A stretch of 12,748 nucleotides of DNA from Octopus sinensis (taxonomy: Eukaryota), in the NCBI RefSeq assembly GCF_006345805.1, contig NW_021826485.1:1-12748 (forward strand). The letters run 5' to 3'. Made by a program: the position numbers and the translations under genes. Below, in pieces: positions 1-8,545 of the stretch. Numbering within the stretch: position 1 is the stretch's first letter; each line of letters starts with the position of its first letter. The notes under the pieces were generated by a model. It made no database searches. It was not told where the DNA came from and saw nothing but the letters and a program-made list of their open reading frames with translations.

Positions 1-182
1 GTGGAGTTAGTTATAGATGTGTGCCTGAATAACACCTTATAGCTTCATCGAAACCTCTAATACGAAGTGCAAATCTCTCTTTCTTATTACTGTTCTATAC
101 TCAGCCAACACTTTGTTCTGAAACATATGTATATCGAACTCTACAGCAGGTTATTTGTCTCGCAACACTTCAGTGAATTATA

Positions 183-346
183 CACATACATAAGTGTACG
201 CGAGTTTGTGCATATATATATGTATATATGTATGCATGTATGCATGTATGTATGTACGTATGTACGTATGTATATGTATGTGTATATATGGGTGGGTGCG
301 TGTGGTATGTATGTATGTATATATCTATCGATATATATAGTATATA

Positions 347-377
<31 letters not shown>

Positions 378-463
378 ATATATATATATCTATATATATA
401 TATACATATATATGTATATATATGTATATATATATATATGTGTATATATATATATATATATAT
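183..463. repeat. Compound (TA)n/(TATG)n microsatellite
   Basis: Continuous interrupted TA, TATG and TG repeats; source of the spurious I/Y-rich ORFs. Confidence 0.95.
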
Positions 464-734
464 GCGAATATAAACAAGAGGAGGGGCCCAGCACAAAAGA
501 CGAATCAGTCATAAGACAAAAAATATATTCGTATAGAGAAAAAATTATTCATGTATATATTCATGTATATTCATTGTATATATATATATTATATATATTA
601 GGTATGTAGAAAAATACACATGGACAAAGAACGTATAACTCATAGAAGACGAATAATATATTTCATGATATATGCATATTTGTATGCATGTATGTATGCA
701 TAGATAGATCGGTAGCTATTATGTAGAATCCTCC

Positions 735-915
735 CCTTCTCTCTGTCTCTCTCTCTTTTCTTGTCTCTTTTTTTCTTTTATTCTATACAAACTACCTCTT
801 GTATGTCCGTATCAACGTATATCTATCTATCTTTCTATCTATCATATCTAGTTCTTCTTTCTATCTATCTATCATCTATATCTATCTATCTATCTATTTA
901 TAGTTATCTTATATA
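735..915. repeat. (CT)n and (TATC)n simple-repeat tract
   Basis: CT run at ~735-780, then repeated ctat/tatc units at ~815-915. Confidence 0.85.
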
Positions 916-1415
916 TAGACATGAAGTTGAACAAGCTTGTGACAACATGTTTGCAGCGGTCATTGACCAACTGAATAATAATGCAACCACTCCCTCCACC
1001 CTTTGCATGATAATAACTATAAAAAAATCCCCCCCTTCCTTCTTTGGGTTGTGATTTTATGACATTTTCTATCAAATGGTCAACGACTTTCTTTCCTTAA
1101 ATACGTTACTTTCTGCAATACCTGTTTCCAGCCCACGCATTCTTAACAACGAATGATAAACCATTGCTTGTCATTCTTTGCATCGTTAGCGTTGTCTCTG
1201 GGTGAAAGCGAACGAATGGATTTTCTCACTCTTCCGTCAAGAACAGTGTGCCAAACGTAGGGAATTTTACTCTAAACTATAAACCATATGTACATCCATA
1301 CATGCATGCGCGTGCACACACACACACGCACACTGCCAATACTATTCTTCTAAAAGCATAATAAATCTGTACTCTACCAGCTGTATTGAGTAATCATTTA
1401 ATTTAATGTAAAACC

Positions 1416-1994
1416 AAGCGGCGAGCTGGCAGAAACGTTAGCACGCCGGGCGAAATCCCTAGCGGTATTTCGTCTGCCGTTACGTTCTGAGTTCAAATTC
1501 CGCCGAGGTCTACTTTGCCCTTCATCCTTTGAGGTCGATTAAATAAATACCAGTTACGCACTCTGGTCGATATAATCAACTTAATCCGTTTGTCTGTCCT
1601 TGTTTATCCTCTCTGTGATTAGCCCCTTGTGGGTAATAAAGAAATAGGTATTTCGTCTGCCGTTACGTTCTGAGTTCAAATTCCGCCGAGGTCGACTTTG
1701 CCTTTCATTCTTTCGGGGTCGATTAAATAAGTACCAGTTACGCACTGGGGTCGATATAATCGACTTAATCCGTTTGTCTGTCCTTGTTTGTCCCCTCTGT
1801 GTTTAGCCCTTGTGGGTAATAAAGAAATAGGTATTTCGTCTGCCGTTACGTTCTGAGTTCAAATTCCGCCGAGGTCTACTTTGCCTTTCATCCTTTCGGG
1901 GTCGATAAATTAAGTGTCAGTTGCATACTGGGGTCGATTTAATCGACTGGTCTCCTCCCCAAAAATTTCGGGCCTTGTGCCTAGAGTAGAAAAG
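1416..1994 (+). mobile_element. tRNA-derived SINE, family A, trimeric insertion
   Basis: Head GCGGCGAGCTGGCAGAAACGTTAGCAC, then units starting GGTATTTCGTCTG at 1464, 1647 and 1830 (183-bp period), each with B-box-like GAGTTCAAATTCC. Flanked by a perfect 16-bp direct repeat AATTTAATGTAAAACC (1400-1415 and 1995-2010), a TSD. Confidence 0.9.
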
Positions 1995-2064
1995 AATTTA
2001 ATGTAAAACCTTTATTTTTATTTCTATTATAACATAAAAACAAACATTGATATTTATTGTGTAT

Positions 2065-2213
2065 TTCTGAGTTCAAGTTCAGCCGAGCCCAGCTTTGCCT
2101 TTCATCTTATCGAAATCGATAAAATAAGTACCAGTTGAGTACTGACTGGGGTCGATGTCATCGACTTGACCCATCCCCGAAATTAAAGGCCTTGTGCCAA
2201 AATTTCGAACCAA
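2065..2213 (+). mobile_element. SINE family A, old 5'-truncated copy
   Basis: Diverged match to the family A body and terminal tail: TTCTGAGTTCAAG...TTTGCCTTTCATC...AAATAAGTACCAGTT...GGGGTCGAT...GGCCTTGTGCC. Confidence 0.75.
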
Positions 2214-2320
2214 GATATACTGTGCGTTTACGGTGGAAAGCTGGTCGCATCGTTACCTTGCTGGAAAAAAATTAAATTTTTACCCGAGAGACAACTTGGG
2301 TTAAGGTAATTCACTAAAGC

Positions 2321-2370
2321 TTTGAAGGTGGTGCTCCAGTATGACCACCAGTACATGAAAAAGAATAAAG
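2321..2370 (+). mobile_element. Probable 3' tail fragment of SINE family B
   Basis: GAAGGTGGTGCTCCAGTATGACC resembles the family B tail at 4130-4150 (AAAGCAGTGCCCCAGCGTGGTC). Short and diverged. Confidence 0.35.
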
Positions 2371-2492
2371 TATACCGTGTCAGGTACTTGCCTTATTACG
2401 CCACTTAACCTGTCTGCCATTGTTCCTGGGGCCAGTCTATTGAAAAACGACGAAAGAATATGTCCTCAGTAGAATATTAAAAAAAAAGCCAC

Positions 2493-2509
2493 AAAAAAAA
2501 ATGTTAAAA
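2493..2509 (-). terminator. Pol III oligo-T terminator of the solitary tRNA-Leu
   Basis: Minus-strand T4 (2506-2509) and T9 (2493-2501) just 3' of the tRNA. Confidence 0.75.
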
Positions 2510-2514
2510 CAATT

Positions 2515-2596
2515 TGGCAGCGGTGGGATTCGAACCCACGCCTCCGAAGAGACTGGTGCCTAAAACCAGCGCCTTAGACCACTCGGCCACGCTACC
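2515..2596 (-). tRNA. tRNA-Leu-TAG: tRNA-Leu, anticodon TAG (solitary copy)
   Basis: Minus strand reads GGTAGCGTGGCCGAGTGGTCTAAGGCGCTGGTTTTAGGCACCAGTCTCTTCGGAGGCGTGGGTTCGAATCCCACCGCTGCCA (82 nt). 7-bp acceptor stem, discriminator A73, anticodon stem CTGGT/ACCAG with loop TT-TAG-GC, long variable arm with UUCG loop, intact A and B boxes. Confidence 0.98.
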
Positions 2597-2615
2597 ACGT
2601 ATGCTAAACGGCTTC

Positions 2616-2629
2616 AAGCTTTTATTATA
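2616..2629 (-). promoter_or_regulatory. TATA-like upstream element at -33..-20 of the tRNA
   Basis: Sense strand TATAATAAAAGCTT; 10/14 match to the motif at the same offset upstream of the three array tRNAs. Confidence 0.4.
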
Positions 2630-2758
2630 TAGAAAAAAGATTCGTGTAGGTGGACGCAGATTCTTACATCAATAAGTTTGTACATGGCTATATTTGTGCA
2701 TATATGTGTGTGCGTGTGCGTTGTGTATGCGTGCGTGTGTATGTGTATGTGTGTAAAT

Positions 2759-2808
2759 GGACGTGGCTCAGTGGTAAAGGTGCTTGGCTCACGATCATCG
2801 TGAGTTCG
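2759..2808 (+). mobile_element. Isolated tRNA-like SINE head fragment
   Basis: GGACGTGGCTCAGTGGTAAAGGTGCTTGGCTCACGATCATCGTGAGTTCG: good A box (TGGCTCAGTGG), broken off within the B box (GAGTTCG). Confidence 0.6.
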
Positions 2809-2876
2809 TGAACCGCTAAGTTGTCGTCGGTTGTCAAGCGATGGTGGGGTGACAAACACAGATATGCAAACACTCT

Positions 2877-2914
<38 letters not shown>

Positions 2915-3096
2915 TACGACGGGACGGGACGGGACGGGACGGGCTTCTTTCAATTTCCGTCTACCAAATCCACTCATAAGGATTTGGTCGGCTCGAGCCT
3001 ATAGTAGAAAACACTTGCCCATGGTGACTCGCAGTGGGACTGAACCTGAAACCATGTGGTTCGCAAGATACTTACCATACAGTCACTCCTGCGCCT
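2809..3096 (-). mobile_element. SINE family B, 3'-truncated, with central (TG)n
   Basis: Minus strand AGGCGCAGGAGTG...AACCACATGGTTTCAGGTTCAGTCCCACTGC...GATTTGGTAGACGGAAATTGAAAGAAGCCCGTC followed by (TG)n. Homologous to 3740-4166, 6194-6358 and 10271-10400. Contains a (GACGG)5 expansion at 2918-2942. Confidence 0.85.
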
Positions 3097-3116
3097 ATGT
3101 ATTAAATTAGAGGATT

Positions 3117-3498
3117 GGAAGCACTCCGTCGGTTACGACGACGAGGGTTCCGGTTGATCCGATCAACGGAACAGCCTGCTCGTGAAATTAACGTGTAAGT
3201 GGCTGAGCACTCCACAGACACGTGTACCCTTAACGTAGTTCTCGGGGATATTCAGCGTGACACAGAGAGTGACAAGGCCGGCCCTTTGAAATACATGTAC
3301 AACAGAAACAGGAAGTAAGAGTGAGAGAAAGTTGTGGTGAAAGAGTACAGCAGGGATCACCACCATCCGTGCCGGAGCCTCGTGGAGCTTTAGGTGTTTT
3401 CGCCCAATAAACACTCACAACGCCCGGTCTGGGAATCGAAACCGCGATCATACGACCGCGAGTCCGTTGCCCTAACCACTGGGCCATTGCGCCTCCAC
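3117..3498 (-). mobile_element. tRNA-derived SINE, family C, full length
   Basis: Head GTGGAGGCGCAATGGCCCAGTGGTTAGGGC with A box TGGCCCAGTGG and B box GTTTCGATTCC. Perfect 13-bp TSD AAATTAGAGGATT at 3104-3116 and 3499-3511. Body repeated at 4392-4584. Confidence 0.92.
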
Positions 3499-3520
3499 AA
3501 ATTAGAGGATTAAACATACA

Positions 3521-3735
3521 GGCGCTAGATGGAAAGAATCGTTCGAATGCCAAAGAAATAAAGTGTTTTGCGGTATTTATTTCGTTTCTTTATCTTTACA
3601 TTCTGAGTTCAAATCACATTGAGATCAACTATGCCTTTCATCCCACCGGAATCGTTAGACAAGCTATCAATCTGGTATCGATTAACTCCACCTTCTCTCA
3701 GAATTACTAGCCTTGTTTCTGTATTGGAGACAATT
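3521..3735 (+). mobile_element. SINE family A, highly diverged monomer
   Basis: AGAATCGTT...GCGGTATTT...TTCTGAGTTCAAATC...GCCTTTCATCC...AGCCTTGT is colinear with the family A head, body and tail. Confidence 0.65.
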
Positions 3736-3739
3736 TAAT

Positions 3740-4166
3740 TATCGGTTTAAGAAGCTCACTTGGTAACTATGTAGATTCAAGTTCAATCCCTCTGAATGGC
3801 ATCTTGATCAGGTGTCTGCTTTCATAACCCCGGGCCGACCTATGCCTTGTGAGGAAATTTGGTAGACAGAAACTCTGAAAGGCTATCGTGTGTGTGTGTG
3901 TTGTACGTGTGTGTATGTGTGTTGTGTGCGTGCATGTGTGTGTGAGTGTGTGTTGTGTGTGCGTGTGTGTGTGTGCGTGTGTGTGCGTAAATTGTTCAAC
4001 ACTGGCTTGCCAACCGGTGTTGGGTAGTTTACCTCCCCGCAATTAGCGGTTCGGCAAAACAGAACCGATGGAATAAGTACTAAACTTAAGCATAAGTGCT
4101 GGAGTCGATCTGTACGACGAGACCATTCAAAGCAGTGCCCCAGCGTGGTCGCTGTCGAATTTACTG
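3740..4166 (+). mobile_element. SINE family B, near full length, diverged
   Basis: GGGCCGACCTATGCCTTGTGAGGAAATTTGGTAGACAGAAACT matches the other B copies; central (TG)n at 3888-3987; 3' part includes TTAGCGGTTCGGC, shared with the 2809-3096 copy. Confidence 0.75.
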
Positions 4167-4391
4167 CTGTTTGGCTGTATGTACGTTCATCTTGATCGTG
4201 TGAATCTATTCGTAACAGGCGTCACTCTAGCCATGACCATTCCGTCTTTTAAAAATAATTTATAGGTTTATAAGACTACATTTTGTCCTGAACAGAAGAC
4301 CTTAAACTACATTCGGTGATGAGGCTCCAGATTAGGAGTTCAAAGACTGCTCTGGTCCGGAGTGGTAGCCAGGATTGGATTGGATTGCCGA

Positions 4392-4584
4392 TACTCTTTC
4401 ACCACAACTTCCTCTCACTCTTTCTTCCTATTTCTGTTGTTGTACCTGTATTTCAAAAGGCAAGCCTTGTTAAACTCTGTGCCACACTGTGGAGTGCTCA
4501 GCCACTTGCATGTTAATTCCACGAGCATGCTGTTCCGTTGATCGGATCAACTAGAACCCTCGTCGTCGTAACCGACGGAGTCCC
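4392..4584 (+). mobile_element. SINE family C, 5'-degraded copy with a 38-bp internal deletion
   Basis: High identity to the reverse complement of 3117-3360. Lacks AATATCCCC...CGTGTCTG (deletion flanked by CTG microhomology). Weak similarity may extend 5' to ~4285. Confidence 0.85.
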
Positions 4585-4705
4585 ACGTATTACATTTGTG
4601 TTGGTACAACTGCTATCCTGTATACGTCTGTGCGCGCGCTCGTGTGCATGTATATTCGTGTTGGTATATAATGTATCTACTAATCTGTATATATGTGTGT
4701 CTATC

Positions 4706-4708
<3 letters not shown>

Positions 4709-4745
<37 letters not shown>
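4709..4745. repeat. (GT)n microsatellite within a larger TG/TA-rich tract (~4600-4860)
   Basis: Near-perfect GT run. Confidence 0.9.
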
Positions 4746-5879
4746 TGCGTACGTGCGTGTGTTTATGTAACTCTACATGTAAATCTGCATGCCCATGTAC
4801 GCGCATTTTCTAACCAACGGTATATATTATCGACTGTTCACACCTCCGTGTGTGTACAAATACGAAAATGAATAATGCAATGTGACAAGCTGTTATCTCT
4901 GGTCATTGACCTCTTCAATAACAATAACAACAACAACAACAAAACTCTGTTGACATTAAACGCACTAAAAAAAAACCCTTCCTTCTTTTTTATTCTAAAT
5001 ATTCTCTTTATTCTCGCTGTTGTTTACTATCTACCTCCAGTCTTACTCCATCCCATGTATTCTTGTCTGTGGTTGTCTGTATTTCTTCCTCCCTACTCAG
5101 ACACATCAACTACCATTTTACCATTTCACAGAATACTAGAATGGCCTGCCGATAATAATACTTTTCCCCCCAAAACTCTTGAATTGTTTTATATCTGATA
5201 TTTGATTAGGGAGATGTTTCCCGAAATATAACAGAAGCAACATACATCGCATGTAAGGTAGTACAATAGCTTCTTTTTTGTTTTTATTTATTGATATTAC
5301 CTTATATATTTTGCCTACCTTCTCGTCTGTATTGCGTAAAGGCTTTGTTTTTTAATCATCTGTATCGTTTGCACATTGTATTGTTCAAGCAACTTCCATT
5401 CCTGTCATCCCCGCTAAATATTTAATCCAGTGTGCTAACGATCCTGGTAGCTCACCCCCTTCAAAGCAGAAACAATGGTCATTCCATATTTGTCTTTATT
5501 GTAGTAAATTTGGCTTACAGTTGTTTCCAGTAATCATTATAGGTTCGCTATTGATAGGTTTACTCAATTGGCCCATTGCTCGGTTTAGAAAACCTGAACG
5601 ACCTAGAAAATTAACGCTAGTTTCGTCGGAGTGATTTCTAGTTATCTGAGTGTTTGTGTGTGCGTGATTCTGTGTGCACGCGCGTGGCCGTGCATCAAAT
5701 GTAAAATTTTTGCCCCTTTCTTTACATCCAATTCATTTTGCTCTTCGTTCTTCTCCGAGTCATTAAAATAAGTACCGTGGACGGGAGCGGGGCGGAGCTT
5801 GAATCACTGCACTCAACGCAAAATCTTCAAACGCAGAACCCTACAAGGGTACCAAACCCTGTAAAATAATCTTTGATTC

Positions 5880-6055
5880 GGACACAAGGTGGGGTAGATA
5901 ACTGTTCCCATCGACTCCAGTACATTATTTTGTTAGCTCCAATGCGACAAAAAAAGAAGTTGATCTACGCAGGATTTGAACTCAGAACTTAACGAAGAAA
6001 TATCGAAATTAACTTTTTTTCCCCCGACGCTTCAACAACTTTGCTTCTCGTCGCC
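5880..6055 (-). mobile_element. SINE family A, old diverged copy
   Basis: Minus strand GGCGACGAG...GATATTTCTTCGTTAAGTTCTGAGTTCAAATCC...ACTGGAGTCGATG...CCTTGTGTCC. Confidence 0.6.
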
Positions 6056-6080
6056 TTGTTAAAGACAAAAACTATAATTC

Positions 6081-6170
6081 TTTCAAACTTTTGGGACAAG
6101 CACAATATTTTAGACATGATAGGACTAATCCAATATCATCGACACCAGTGTTTAACTGGTAGTTATATTA
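6081..6170 (-). mobile_element. SINE family A 3' fragment
   Basis: Minus strand TACCAGTTAAACACTGGTGTCGATG...CTTGTCCCAAAAGTTTGAAA matches the family A 3' body and tail. Confidence 0.5.
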
Positions 6171-6193
6171 GCGATGGGGGAAATGCATATATA

Positions 6194-6358
6194 TGACGGG
6201 CTTCTTTCAGCTTCCGTCTACCAAATCCATCCACAATGCTTTGGTTGGCCCGAAGCTACAGTAGAAGACACTTGCGCAAGGTGCCACGCAGTGAGACTGA
6301 ATACGGAACCATGTGGTTCGTAAGCAAGCTACTTACCACATAGCCACCTCCTACGCCT
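6194..6358 (-). mobile_element. SINE family B, 5' half
   Basis: Minus strand AGGCGTAGGAGGTGGCTATGTGGTAAGTAGCTTGCTTACGAACCACATGGTTCCG...GATTTGGTAGACGGAAGCTGAAAGAAGCCCGTC. Confidence 0.85.
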
Positions 6359-6359
6359 A

Positions 6360-6410
<51 letters not shown>

Positions 6411-6506
6411 CATACATAGATATATACATACATAGATAGATAGATATATGTATATATATATAAATGTAGATAGACAAGAAAAGAAAGAAAGTATGATTGG
6501 AGTCTA

Positions 6507-6976
6507 CTGTATCGTTTGCAACTTCCATTCCTGTCATCCCCGCTAAATATTTAATCCAGTGTGCTAACGATCCTGGTAGCTCACCCCCGTCAAAGCAGAA
6601 ACAATGGTCATTCCATATTTGTCTTTATTGTAGTAAATTTGGTTTACAGTTGTTTCCAGTAATCATTATAGGTTCGCTATTGATAGGTTTACTCAATTGG
6701 TCCATTGCTCGGTTTAGAAAACCTGAACGACCTAGAAAATTAACCGCTAGTTTCGTCGGAGTGATTTCTAGTTATCTGAGTGTTTGTGTGTGCGTGATTC
6801 TGTGTGCACGCGCGTGGCCGTGCATCAAATGTAACATTTTTGCCCCTTTCTTTACATCCAATTCATTTTTCTTTTCGTTCTTCTCCGAGTCATTAAAATA
6901 AGTACCGTGGACGGGAGACATACTTACCACATAGCCACTCCTACGCCTATATATATATATATATATTATATATATA

Positions 6977-7028
<52 letters not shown>

Positions 7029-7059
7029 ATATATATCTATATATATATATATATATATG

Positions 7060-7097
<38 letters not shown>

Positions 7098-7256
7098 ATA
7101 TATATATATATATATTATATTATATACATAGATAATATTATATATAGGTATATATATAAAGATAGATAGACATACATGCATACATAGATATATATATATA
7201 GGTATATATATAAAGATAGATAGACAAGAAAAGAAAGAAAGTATGATTGGAGTCTA
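6507..7256 (+). repeat. Tandem duplication, unit 2 (internal 542-bp deletion, expanded TA tract)
   Basis: About 98% identical to 5360-5787 (six substitutions, a 1-bp indel and an 18-bp indel by eye). Jumps via ACA (6918-6920) to a copy of 6330-6506 and ends at AAGTATGATTGGAGTCTA like unit 1. Confidence 0.9.
6947..7215. repeat. Long interrupted (TA)n/(TAGA)n tract
   Basis: Direct inspection; includes a 32-bp internal repeat with 54-bp period (7141-7172 and 7195-7226). Confidence 0.9.
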
Positions 7257-7429
7257 AAACAAGTACCTTAGACCTCTTTTATACTACCAGCTTGTAAGTG
7301 GCAAGGCAGAATTTCACTGTGTGTGTGTGTGCGTGTGTGTGTACGATTCTATTTCTGTATGTGAGTAATGAGTGAGGGAGTGAATGTGTGTGAAGGCGTA
7401 TGAAAAAAAAAATCATCAAAAGAAATAGT

Positions 7430-7473
7430 AGACTGCAATGTGATTCGAACCGACACCCCAGAACAAAATGCTG
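7430..7473 (-). pseudogene. 3'-half tRNA-Leu relic, unit 1
   Basis: Plus strand AGACTGCAATGTGATTCGAACCGACACCCCAGAACAAAATGCTG aligns with the other half-tRNAs; B box GTTCGAATC retained. Confidence 0.5.
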
Positions 7474-7626
7474 TATTAGATATTCGATTTGTATACTACT
7501 CTATTTCTTACGTTCTCTTTACTCTCTCCCTCTCTCCCCTCGTCTCTCTTTCTCTCCCTCTGTATGTATATACGTATGTATTTCTGTACTTATGCAAATG
7601 AAAAGAAGAAAGGAAAAAATTACGAT

Positions 7627-7696
7627 TGGCTACTACGGGATTCGAAACTACGTCTCCGAAGAGACTGGCTTCTTTATGTCGCTCGGTTACACTCCC
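7627..7696 (-). pseudogene. tRNA-Leu pseudogene lacking the anticodon arm
   Basis: Plus strand TGGCTACTACGGGATTCGAAACTACGTCTCCGAAGAGACTGG...GCTCGGTTACACTCCC; about 70 nt versus 82, with many substitutions. Confidence 0.8.
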
Positions 7697-7864
7697 AGCT
7701 GTTAAATTTCCGTCTAGAGCTTCTTTATATCTGTGTAAGTATGTATGGCGAGTGTGTGCATGCGTGTACATATGTATGAATATAAATGTGTATGTGTCCA
7801 AGTATGTCAATGTATATGCGTAAAAGGATGTGTAAAAAAAAAAGCAAAAAAAATACTGAGTACT

Positions 7865-7907
7865 TGACAGCAATGGGGTTCGAACGTACGACCTGAAGAG
7901 AATGGCG
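7865..7907 (-). pseudogene. 3'-half tRNA-Leu relic, unit 2
   Basis: Plus strand TGACAGCAATGGGGTTCGAACGTACGACCTGAAGAGAATGGCG matches acceptor 3' strand, T arm and variable arm; B box GTTCGAACC intact; no D arm or A box. Confidence 0.7.
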
Positions 7908-7962
7908 TGATAGATTTTCATTTTATTTTTCTATCTTTTTATGTATTTGTGCACATATGTAT

Positions 7963-7973
7963 AAAAACTAAAA
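7963..7973 (-). terminator. Pol III terminator (T4 then T5)
   Basis: Plus-strand A runs at 7970-7973 and 7963-7967. Confidence 0.6.
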
Positions 7974-7982
7974 CTCAGCAAT

Positions 7983-8064
7983 TGGCAGCGATGGGATTCG
8001 AACCCACGCCTCCGGAGAGACTGGTGCCTAAAACCAGCGCCTTAGACCACTCGGCCACGCTACC
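7983..8064 (-). tRNA. tRNA-Leu-TAG: tRNA-Leu(TAG), array copy, variant C65T with UCCG variable loop
   Basis: 82 nt, cloverleaf intact; two differences from 2515-2596 (G49:U65 wobble; variable loop TTCG to TCCG). Confidence 0.95.
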
Positions 8065-8083
8065 AACTGAAATAATAAACAGT

Positions 8084-8097
8084 AATGTTTCATTATC
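8084..8097 (-). promoter_or_regulatory. Conserved upstream element GATAATGAAACATT (-33..-20)
   Basis: Identical 14-mer at 8520-8533 and 9669-9682, upstream of the other intact array tRNAs. Confidence 0.5.
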
Positions 8098-8126
8098 TAT
8101 GAACGTTATTAAATATATATGGCGTG

Positions 8127-8171
<45 letters not shown>

Positions 8172-8266
8172 ATGCATGTATGCAAGCATGCATGAAAATG
8201 TGCACGCGTGTATCTTTATAAAGCATGCCTGTCGAAGATTATGTAAAAGTGAAATTGAAGTGTAAT

Positions 8267-8310
8267 TGGCACCAATAGAATTCGAACTGACGTCTCCCAA
8301 GAGAATGGCG
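8267..8310 (-). pseudogene. 3'-half tRNA-Leu relic, unit 3
   Basis: Plus strand TGGCACCAATAGAATTCGAACTGACGTCTCCCAAGAGAATGGCG; B box with one mismatch. Confidence 0.7.
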
Positions 8311-8394
8311 TGGCAGATTTCCCTTTTGTATACACCTTTCTTCTTTGCTGTCTCTATCTGCATGCAGATAGTATGAATGTGTGTGTGGACAGAT

Positions 8395-8401
8395 AAAAAA
8401 A
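8395..8401 (-). terminator. Pol III terminator (T7)
   Basis: Plus-strand A7 ending 17 nt past the tRNA 3' end. Confidence 0.7.
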
Positions 8402-8418
8402 TGTGAAGGCAAAGCCAT

Positions 8419-8500
8419 TGGCAGCGATGGGATTCGAACCCACGCCTCCGAAGAGACTGGTGCCTAAAACCAGCGCCTTAGACCACTCGGCCACGCTACC
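8419..8500 (-). tRNA. tRNA-Leu-TAG: tRNA-Leu(TAG), array copy, variant C65T
   Basis: 82 nt; one difference from 2515-2596. Confidence 0.97.
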
Positions 8501-8519
8501 AACTTCTGAAAGACCCAGA

Positions 8520-8533
8520 AATGTTTCATTATC
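8520..8533 (-). promoter_or_regulatory. Conserved upstream element GATAATGAAACATT (-33..-20)
   Basis: Same 14-mer at the same offset; survives immediately next to the SINE insertion. Confidence 0.5.
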
Positions 8534-8545
8534 AATGAATATGTT

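Larger units (their letters stand above)
5360..6506 (+). repeat. Tandem duplication, unit 1 (1147 bp)
   Basis: 5360-5787 recurs at 6507-6917; 6330-6506 recurs at 6921-7256. Includes a family A head relic on the minus strand at ~5411-5461. Confidence 0.9.

Noticed and set aside
67-609. ORFs of 65-108 aa rich in I, Y, C, V
   Set aside because: Translations of TA/TATG microsatellites; no domain-like sequence.
1464-1830. Family A multimer as a hammerhead-containing retrozyme
   Set aside because: No CUGANGA core found on either strand of the units by eye.
1464-1994. Regularly spaced repeats as a possible CRISPR array (also 8546-9265 and the tRNA array)
   Set aside because: Units are 183 bp or ~400 bp and homologous along their length with no unique spacers; eukaryotic context, no cas genes.
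2515-2596. U3:G70 pair as an alanine identity element suggesting mischarging
   Set aside because: The AlaRS determinant is G3:U70; U3:G70 is normal for this eukaryotic Leu family.
3163-3553. 107-aa and 83-aa ORFs with normal-looking composition
   Set aside because: They overlie the TSD-bounded family C SINE, which has Pol III A and B boxes.
6497-6901. 134-aa ORF with a hydrophobic segment
   Set aside because: Lies in the duplicated block built partly from SINE relics; the paralogous copy is frameshifted at ~5614; no recognisable domain or splice evidence.
8304-8318. ATGGCGTGGCAGA after the half-tRNA resembles an inverted tRNA 5' end (GTAGCGTGGCCGA)
   Set aside because: Only 10/15 identity with no continuation; compatible with chance.
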